A DNA stretch of 26,196 bases from Methanothermococcus sp. SCGC AD-155-E23 (GTDB taxonomy: Archaea > AGJL01 > Methanococci > Methanococcales > Methanococcaceae): NCBI GenBank assembly GCA_019561615.1, contig JAHEQA010000025.1:1-26196 (forward strand), in the 5' to 3' direction. The first letter of the stretch is position 1. The number at the start of each line of letters is the position of its first letter. Below are positions 20,264-26,196 of the stretch, one piece after another. Under the pieces are notes generated by a model. That model did no database searches, was not told where the DNA came from, and saw only the letters and a list, made by a program, of their open reading frames with translations. The translations under genes were made by a program, and so were the position numbers.

Positions 20264-20647
20264 ATGGAGGTGCAATACGACGATATAAAGTTGGACTTCT
20301 GGACCTTCTTAAAGGAGGCTTACAAGAGAAACATCAAGTTGGATCTTGGTCACTTCATCATACTCATGAAGTTGTTGGAGATAAATAAAGAGTACAGGGA
20401 TCTTATCAAGAGATACGGTAAGAAAAATGCGAGAAAGATAATGGAGGATAAGGGAGTATTCTCCAAGAATTCAGAGTATGTATCTGGGGAGTATCTAAAG
20501 AAATTCATAGGTAGAAGTAGTAGAGGGGCTGTATATTCCAGGATTAAGGATCTTCAATCCCTGGGATTTGAGATAGAGACAAAACCAGGGGCCTTAGGTG
20601 GATACAAGTTACTGAAAACTCCCAAGTGGTTCAAGTTACTGGATTAA
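20264..20647 (+). CDS. Hypothetical protein with C-terminal winged helix-turn-helix (BirA N-terminal/HTH_11-like)
   Basis: GGAG RBS. The C-terminal YVSGEYL...[24 protein letters not shown]...GYKL resembles the BirA wHTH pattern SGE-x-L...SR-x-AV...I-x-x-L...G[YF]-x-I...GY-x-L. Confidence 0.72.
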   Translation: MEVQYDDIKLDFWTFLKEAYKRNIKLDLGHFIILMKLLEINKEYRDLIKRYGKKNARKIMEDKGVFSKNSEYVSGEYLKKFIGRSSRGAVYSRIKDLQSLGFEIETKPGALGGYKLLKTPKWFKLLD

Positions 20648-20952
20648 TCCCTGTCGAAGATCTTTTTTATATAGGGTTCAAAGGGTACAATATCCTCCCT
20701 CTTTATAGGGACTATGGTGGCCACCTTCAACACCCTTCTCTCAGGATCTAGATCTATAGTCAAGGTCCCAGGGGTGAGGGTAATACTACATGCCAAAACA
20801 ACCTGGCCTATTAAACTCTCTATCTCAGTTTCTATCTCTACAACTTGAGGGTCTATCTCCCCACATACACATCTCTTTACCACATCCAACCACGCCTCAC
20901 TTAGGGCCTTTGCAAGTACAAAGAGGTACTCTAAAAGGTCCAGGAGTATCAT
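20644..20952 (-). CDS. ehbA: MnhE/MrpE-like membrane subunit, probably energy-converting hydrogenase B subunit A
   Basis: MnhE signature LA[13 protein letters not shown] and FEPYIKKIF; short form with no mrp operon nearby. From memory, Methanococcus ehb genes are scattered and ehbA lies beside the prefoldin alpha gene. Confidence 0.7.
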   Translation of the reverse strand: MILLDLLEYLFVLAKALSEAWLDVVKRCVCGEIDPQVVEIETEIESLIGQVVLACSITLTPGTLTIDLDPERRVLKVATIVPIKREDIVPFEPYIKKIFDRD

Positions 20953-21043
20953 GGTATCCCAGATTGTCCATAGTTACAAATAAAGTATATATATTTTGTT
21001 TTTCATAAAAATAAATCGTGAAAAGTAAAAAAGGTGATAGGAG
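20953..21043. promoter_or_regulatory. Divergent ehbA/pfdA promoter region
   Basis: Central TATATATA at about 20986-20993 with A-rich sequence upstream on both strands. AGGTGA and GGAG precede pfdA. Confidence 0.5.
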
Positions 21044-21490
21044 ATGAAAAATGAGGAGATTATAAAAAGTGAGGAGGTACAGAAGCAACTTTACAGACTA
21101 GAGGTTTACAAGCAGCAGTTAAATAGATTACAAGAGGAGTTAGGTAGGATTGAACTTCTAAAGTTGGAGATTTTAAAGTCTATAGCATCCATGGAGGGAT
21201 TGAAACAGTCTAAGGAGGTACTTCTACCTCTAGGTGGTGGGACATTTGCAAAGGCTGTAGTAGAGGATAATGAGAAGGTAGTAATAAATGCAGGTGTTGA
21301 CATCTTTGTGGAGAAGCCTGTAGATGATGCTATTAAAGACTTTAAGGAGACCTGTGAGGAGTTGGAGAAGGCTGAGAACAAGATTAAAGAACAGATGGCA
21401 AAAACGTTGGCAGCTATACAACAGCTACAAAAAGAGTTGGAGAGTAAGATAAGTGTAATGGAGAAGGAGCAGGCATCTGAAAGTAGTTAA
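21044..21490 (+). CDS. pfdA: Prefoldin alpha subunit
   Basis: Coiled coil / beta hairpins (EVLLPLGGGTF-x-KA...KVVINAG-x-DIFVEK) / coiled coil, 148 aa. Confidence 0.95.
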   Translation: MKNEEIIKSEEVQKQLYRLEVYKQQLNRLQEELGRIELLKLEILKSIASMEGLKQSKEVLLPLGGGTFAKAVVEDNEKVVINAGVDIFVEKPVDDAIKDFKETCEELEKAENKIKEQMAKTLAAIQQLQKELESKISVMEKEQASESS

Positions 21491-21511
21491 TTCTCTTTTT
21501 TTTTCTTTTTT
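21491..21511 (+). terminator. Oligo-T terminator after pfdA
   Basis: ttctctttttttttcttttt immediately after the pfdA stop, between converging genes. Confidence 0.65.
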
Positions 21512-22469
21512 ATACCAGTTTATTAAATGGATGGTTTTCTACTGGGTTTATACCAAGTTCCTTGGCAGCCTCTGCAATTACTGCATCTGTCATTGCTATT
21601 GCTGGGAATGTTAACTGGGCGTTGTCTATAGGACCGTAGAGGACGAAGTCTCCTACAGCCATGGTCTGGATAATGTTAGCCCCTATATCACATACATGGT
21701 GTACATCCTTTGCAAGTTGTGTATATCCAGCCTCCTTTAACTTCTTTCTAAACTCCCTTAACCAGTCCCATGCAGAGGGTATGTTGTGTATACCACTTCC
21801 CACTGGAAGTCCTAACTTTGCCTTAACTGCAAAGGAGGCCCTTACAGCAGGACCTGCCCCGTTACCTAGAGGTGTAACTGCCACGTCTATCAGGGGGTAC
21901 TCTATACCTGCCCTCTTTGCCAACTCCAACATCCCCACATCTGCAGTTTTACCACCGTTTAACAGTACATTCAACTTACCCTCAACTGAGGGATCCATGG
22001 GGTCAAAACACAGTATAATTGAAGCCTTTATATCACTTTCCACCAGGTTTTGGAATTCCTCTTCCTCCATGGATACGTTGATAGAGTTGTATATACACTG
22101 GTCTGCATATCCAGCCTCTGTAGCTCTCCTTGCGGCAGCCATTCTCGCCTCTCCAGATGTGGAGTCCAGTAACATTGGACCATCCCATACCTCTGCAACG
22201 AAGTCGATATATTTTACCAGTGCCTCTGGTGTCCCTCCAAATACCTGGACAAGGGCAGGGTTTCCAGTAGTGTCCTCCATTTCAGCCTGTTTGTTTATAA
22301 GATCCTCTGCAGCAGCTCTGTCAAATATACCCTTTCTCTCATCCTCTACGATCTTATGTCTTGCATAGAAGATGGTACCTGAGAGACCTGTTGGATACTC
22401 CCCTGGCTGACCTCCAAATTTTCTCCCTGCAATCTCAATTACCATCTGATCCCTGTCAAACTTGAACAT
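21510..22469 (-). CDS. mtrH: Methyl-H4MPT:CoM methyltransferase subunit H
   Basis: MFKFD...GGQPGEYPT-x-L-x-GTIFY, IYNSIN, GSGIHN-x-PSAWDWL and DFVLYGPI. ATG 22469 follows GAGGTGGAG. Confidence 0.97.
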   Translation of the reverse strand: MFKFDRDQMVIEIAGRKFGGQPGEYPTGLSGTIFYARHKIVEDERKGIFDRAAAEDLINKQAEMEDTTGNPALVQVFGGTPEALVKYIDFVAEVWDGPMLLDSTSGEARMAAARRATEAGYADQCIYNSINVSMEEEEFQNLVESDIKASIILCFDPMDPSVEGKLNVLLNGGKTADVGMLELAKRAGIEYPLIDVAVTPLGNGAGPAVRASFAVKAKLGLPVGSGIHNIPSAWDWLREFRKKLKEAGYTQLAKDVHHVCDIGANIIQTMAVGDFVLYGPIDNAQLTFPAIAMTDAVIAEAAKELGINPVENHPFNKLV

Positions 22470-22484
22470 AATCTCCACCTCTTT

Positions 22485-22724
22485 TTACCTCATATGCATC
22501 ATTATCATTACAATACTAGGTATTAACTTCCCCACTATCAGGGTTATTATATAGCCTATGATAAAACCGTATAGGATACCAATGTCTCTACCTATCTTTT
22601 TACCTAACCTCTGCATTATCTCGGCGTTGGTGTTATCTACAATCTCCTCGATCTTATCTAGTTTCTCCATTAACTCCTTGTACTCCTTAGAGGGGGTTAT
22701 TACTGAAGGTGGTTTTTCTACCAT
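22485..22724 (-). CDS. mtrG: Mtr subunit G
   Basis: KLDKIEE-x-V...AEI-x-QR-x-GKKIGRDIGILYG plus a TM helix. Confidence 0.96.
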   Translation of the reverse strand: MVEKPPSVITPSKEYKELMEKLDKIEEIVDNTNAEIMQRLGKKIGRDIGILYGFIIGYIITLIVGKLIPSIVMIMMHMR

Positions 22725-22728
22725 TTAA

Positions 22729-23454
22729 TCACCCTAGAAGTACCTTTAAAACTACAGGTATCCCAACTAACACCATGGCCAGGATAGATCCCAGGATGAC
22801 ACCTAGGAGGGATCTTGACTGTATTCCAGAACTTAACCCTAGGTCCCTTGTCATCAACCCTACCTTGTACTCAAGGGATTCTATAAGTTTTTGTGTAAAC
22901 TCCATATCTGGTTTTGCAACTGTTGGCAATCCCCCCTCTTTTTTCTCCAGGTCTATCTCCTCTGCATCCTCCTCTGTGGCTCCAGGATCTTTAGATATAC
23001 ATTCCTTTATAGCCTGGGTTATCTTATCTATATCCTCTACATCTATTAGGTCTATCACTTCTACTATCTGTCTCTGGAATCTCTCAACTGCATCCTTTCC
23101 AACGTTTTCCAGGAAGGGTATTGCTCCCTTTGCCCCTATGATACATCCGTCGTCTCCAATTCCATTTTCATAGAGGGCCTTGAAACACTGACCTGTAAGA
23201 TGACCCTGTACCTCTGAACCACAGAGTATCATAAACCTTATGTTTGGATTTGAGATGTAGTTTGCAATTACCTTTTCAATTCCAAGGTTCTCAGTATGGC
23301 ATGGACCTGCAATGGCTGCTCCAGCCTCAACTGCAGCCTGTTCCAAACCATGGGATCCTAGTGTAACAACCCCCACACAACTCTCTGGATTTCCCACTAC
23401 ATACTCCCCACTTACAATAGGCCATCCTGGAGCAGGTTCTCTCTTCTCAACCAT
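22729..23454 (-). CDS. mtrA: MtrA-MtrF fusion (corrinoid-binding domain plus MtrF stalk/anchor)
   Basis: Residues 1 to about 170 are the MtrA soluble domain ([32 protein letters not shown] with the His85 cobalt ligand). From about residue 174 (nt 22935) the sequence is MtrF-like (P-x-V-x-KP...[11 protein letters not shown]-x-x-L-x-SG plus TM). It occupies the mtrF slot, and no separate mtrF is present. Confidence 0.92.
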   Translation of the reverse strand: MVEKREPAPGWPIVSGEYVVGNPESCVGVVTLGSHGLEQAAVEAGAAIAGPCHTENLGIEKVIANYISNPNIRFMILCGSEVQGHLTGQCFKALYENGIGDDGCIIGAKGAIPFLENVGKDAVERFQRQIVEVIDLIDVEDIDKITQAIKECISKDPGATEEDAEEIDLEKKEGGLPTVAKPDMEFTQKLIESLEYKVGLMTRDLGLSSGIQSRSLLGVILGSILAMVLVGIPVVLKVLLG

Positions 23455-23466
23455 TCTCCCACCTCC

Positions 23467-23787
23467 TTATAACAACAGTGAGAATACCAACATTGAGAGA
23501 AATAACCCAATAGCTATACCTTGAATCTTCCCGTTGTAGTATCCCGAGTTAAACTTTGAGATAAGGGCTGCGTCGTTTATCTTCTCGTATATTATCTTTA
23601 TCCTAGCCTCCAACAGTGCCAACTCAGGTGAGTAGGGTTTTACAGTGGCAGTGTCTTCCTCCTCCTGTCCTCCCCCACCTTCCAAGTCTAGGATCATAGG
23701 TTCCTCGTCAATTGCCCCAGGGTTTTCAAGGGCGATGTCTTTCATATAAGGCCATATAAACTCAATACCTTCTGATAGATCCACCAT
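23467..23787 (-). CDS. mtrA: N-terminally truncated MtrA (linker, stalk and TM anchor only; no corrinoid domain)
   Basis: [17 protein letters not shown]...PE-x-ALLEAR...[29 protein letters not shown] is the MtrA C-terminus. It sits in the canonical slot after mtrB, with a GGGGGTG RBS, an ATG, and only 26 bp to the mtrB stop. Confidence 0.9.
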   Translation of the reverse strand: MVDLSEGIEFIWPYMKDIALENPGAIDEEPMILDLEGGGGQEEEDTATVKPYSPELALLEARIKIIYEKINDAALISKFNSGYYNGKIQGIAIGLFLSMLVFSLLL

Positions 23788-23813
23788 CTACAGCACCCCC
23801 AAAAAGTTAAGGA

Positions 23814-24137
23814 TTAGTAGAGTAGGTTGGGATAGAGGGTAATAAGTAGGATTATAACAAGAAGGGTTATTGCCATGGTTATCCAGAAACCGAAGAATAC
23901 CCCCTGGAAGATACCCCCTATACTGTATACTCCTTCCCTTCCTGGGTAGGTCTTTAAAGGAGGATTTCTTGGATCTAGGGAGTTTTCAAAGGCCTTGGCC
24001 AGTTTCTCCAACTCCTCCACCTTCTCCCTAACAGGGTTTAGATCCACCATTACAATGTCCTCTCTAACCTCTGCGATTAACCCTGAATCCACATCCATCA
24101 CTATTCCCAACTCGGGACATATCTTCACTATATCCAT
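23814..24137 (-). CDS. mtrB: Mtr subunit B
   Basis: VKICPE-x-x-IVMD-x-x-SG, NSLDP...YPGREG and a C-terminal TM helix. GGTGA RBS. Confidence 0.96.
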   Translation of the reverse strand: MDIVKICPELGIVMDVDSGLIAEVREDIVMVDLNPVREKVEELEKLAKAFENSLDPRNPPLKTYPGREGVYSIGGIFQGVFFGFWITMAITLLVIILLITLYPNLLY

Positions 24138-24146
24138 TAAATCACC

Positions 24147-24959
24147 TTACATCTCTCTCTTAGGTAACTCTGGGGTGTAGTATACAGCACAGGCATCCTT
24201 TAACGACTGTTTTATGAATTCCCTGTATACTAGGGCCCAGAGTACTAGGGAGACTACAGTGGATATTACATCCAACTTGGCAACTGAGAATACAAACCAT
24301 GTTAGGAATCCACAGGCAACTGCCAAAGTTAACGTCCTCCTATGACTTTCATCAGGACCTAGACATGCGTTAAAGGGATGGAGTATAGCCATACCTGCTG
24401 CAATAAATGCCAAGGCCATAACCCCATTTTTTATGGAACCTGGGATTATAATATCTGGCAGAAATCCACCTGCATAGGCTGCACAGAATCCAAGAATTGA
24501 GAGGGCCCCCATAAGGGACAACTTAGTCATACTTTCAACCATTACAGGGATCTTCATCCCAATAGGCTTTACAGTGAGCCTACCTACTATATACCCCAGG
24601 ATCAGTGCTATTACTGTCACCACTATTGGAATAGCGTAGAGTACCAGGGCATCCACTTTGAAGTACTTTACCAGTGCATTTACCAGGTATATCCCAGATA
24701 CCGAGGATATTATACCCATTCCTAAACTTAGCATACCTATAGATGGTACCCCAGTTCCCAGTCCATAGGCTGCAACCTTTCTAGTGGTATTTGCACCTGC
24801 AACGGTAGCTGCAGAGGCCAGTAGACCTCCCAACAACATAGACACCTGTGGGAAGAACTGGGCTATATACATCCCCAAGATTGCAAGTAAGGTACCTACT
24901 GCCACTATCTGATTCTCAGGGTATAGTTCTGCAGCATGTCCTCCAGCAGCATGACTCAT
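24147..24959 (-). CDS. mtrC: Mtr subunit C
   Basis: [21 protein letters not shown] and [16 protein letters not shown]-x-RTL. Confidence 0.97.
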   Translation of the reverse strand: MSHAAGGHAAELYPENQIVAVGTLLAILGMYIAQFFPQVSMLLGGLLASAATVAGANTTRKVAAYGLGTGVPSIGMLSLGMGIISSVSGIYLVNALVKYFKVDALVLYAIPIVVTVIALILGYIVGRLTVKPIGMKIPVMVESMTKLSLMGALSILGFCAAYAGGFLPDIIIPGSIKNGVMALAFIAAGMAILHPFNACLGPDESHRRTLTLAVACGFLTWFVFSVAKLDVISTVVSLVLWALVYREFIKQSLKDACAVYYTPELPKREM

Positions 24960-24978
24960 GTCAGTACACCTCTTTTAC

Positions 24979-25686
24979 TTAAATCCCCAGGGACATTAAA
25001 ACTACTATAACCCCTGTTAGTAGAGAGGCTACAAAGGAGGCAATAATTCCATTTGGTATCTTCTTGAACTTGGGATCGTGGAACCCCTCTATAGTACCTC
25101 CTATGTTATAGGATGCAAGAACTGCATTCATAAAGAAGAACCCTACTGCTATAGTTCCAGCAATCTCTGGAGAGAAACCTAACTGTATAAGGGCGACGTA
25201 GGCGAGAGCCCCTCCTATACCTCCCAAGGCCGCCCCTATCAATCCACTGATAAAACATACTGTAGGTACCCCATGTCCTGTAGTACCTGGGGTGATGTAG
25301 GGCTTTTGATAGTCCCCTGTAATAGGATCCCTTTCACACTTGTCAGCCGCTGGAACTACCCCTACCCCAAAGACGTATATCAACTGACCCATTAACATGG
25401 TTAAACCTAACATGATCATGGAACCAACTGCTCCTGAGAGTAGGATGATAGCCCAGTGTAGGGGGTTGAATATATTAACCCCACTTTGAGCAGCTATTGT
25501 TGCAGCAGCCATTAAACCTGTAAATCCAGCCCCAGCTGCCAGCTGGGTTGTACCTGTACCTATACCTGTGGAGGTAGCCATAGCTGCAGGAGCCCCACCA
25601 ACTGGAACAAAGTGAACACTTGCATTAATTATGGCACCTGCCAAGGTGATCTCTACAAAGGGGATTAACATACTTAAAAAATCCAT
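24979..25686 (-). CDS. mtrD: Mtr subunit D
   Basis: [32 protein letters not shown]-x-Q-x-x-Y-x-TPGT-x-GHG and [20 protein letters not shown] 25686 follows GGTGA (alternative GTG 25698). Confidence 0.97.
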   Translation of the reverse strand: MDFLSMLIPFVEITLAGAIINASVHFVPVGGAPAAMATSTGIGTGTTQLAAGAGFTGLMAAATIAAQSGVNIFNPLHWAIILLSGAVGSMIMLGLTMLMGQLIYVFGVGVVPAADKCERDPITGDYQKPYITPGTTGHGVPTVCFISGLIGAALGGIGGALAYVALIQLGFSPEIAGTIAVGFFFMNAVLASYNIGGTIEGFHDPKFKKIPNGIIASFVASLLTGVIVVLMSLGI

Positions 25687-25701
25687 CCCTATCACCACTT
25701 C

Positions 25702-26196
25702 TTACCTATTGGTGTATGGCCCGTACTTTTTCCTTGCATATACCTCAACTAACCTGTTTAGACATGCTGTAAGAGCCACTATCACTATACCTACGATAAT
25801 GGCGATTATGGACTTTACAATTATATCTCCCTGGATAACGTTTCCAAGGAGAGTACCTATTAAACCTCTCCAACCATCTAGGAATACTATCAAACCAAAG
25901 GTAAGCCCTGTTAAAGGACCTCCCAACTTGGAGCAGAAGTAGGAGGAATCCATACTGTTCCTAATACCTACCTCTGCCTTGATATCAATATCCCCCTGGT
26001 TTGCAACGGGAACACCACCACCAAAGGGATACTTCTGATACTCCCTCTCGGCACCGTAGTGGACATCTCCAGTGGATGAACCTATAGCCCCTACTGTAAT
26101 ACCGAAGATCAGTGCTATCAGTGGTAGTGGGAAGGGATTACCTAACATGGTAGTTGCCAAATAGGCTGCCAGTAGCATACAGAATACTGCAATGAA
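25702..26196 (-). CDS. mtrE: Mtr subunit E, C-terminal part (start lies outside the window)
   Basis: The frame is open to the window edge (FIAVFCMLL...). GAIGSSTGDVHYGAEREYQ, RNSMD-x-x-YFC-x-K-x-GGP-x-TG and ARKKYGPY. Confidence 0.96.
   Translation of the reverse strand, partial: FIAVFCMLLAAYLATTMLGNPFPLPLIALIFGITVGAIGSSTGDVHYGAEREYQKYPFGGGVPVANQGDIDIKAEVGIRNSMDSSYFCSKLGGPLTGLTFGLIVFLDGWRGLIGTLLGNVIQGDIIVKSIIAIIVGIVIVALTACLNRLVEVYARKKYGPYTNR

Noticed and set aside
21661-23524. 235-, 154- and 70-aa plus-strand ORFs opposite mtrH and mtrA-F
   Set aside because: Antisense shadows caused by codon bias, with no independent coding evidence.
23467-23813. Truncated mtrA as a frameshifted or decaying pseudogene
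   Set aside because: There is no room for or remnant of the 5' part, RBS/start/stop are intact, and the stalk/TM motif is well preserved. An assembly artefact is not fully excluded.
1-26196. tRNA, rRNA, SECIS/selenoprotein or IS elements
   Set aside because: All intergenic gaps are short and AT-rich. I saw no cloverleaf, GC-rich hairpin, in-frame TGA-split gene, transposase or terminal inverted repeats.

Overview
Gene-dense archaeal chromosomal window from a hydrogenotrophic methanogen of the Methanococcales. This assignment is inferred from gene order, GGTGA/GGAG ribosome-binding sites and protein motifs. Left to right: partial top6A (-), then ftsZ-secE-spt5-rpl11 (+). Next is a tandem array of four paralogous DUF4013-like membrane-protein genes at the end of a minus-strand pycB-pycA-gatA-mfnA run. 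A plus-strand TauE/SafE transporter, PUA/PAPS-reductase-like gene and ilvD follow, then moaB (-), argD (+) and pus10-rpl21e-rpo4-DUF655 (-). After these come a stand-alone BirA-like winged-HTH protein (+), an MnhE-like probable ehbA (-), pfdA (+) and most of the mtr operon (-). Two things stand out. (1) The gene at the canonical mtrA position is an intact but headless 106-aa ORF. It keeps the linker, stalk and membrane anchor but has lost the whole corrinoid-binding domain, so the only corrinoid domain in the visible operon sits on an MtrA-MtrF fusion. (2) The DUF4013-like paralogs are strongly diverged, yet three share a perfectly identical 56-bp block with mosaic flanks, suggesting gene conversion or shuffling. 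I saw no tRNA, rRNA, CRISPR array or mobile element. All calls come from motif recognition by eye, with no database search.
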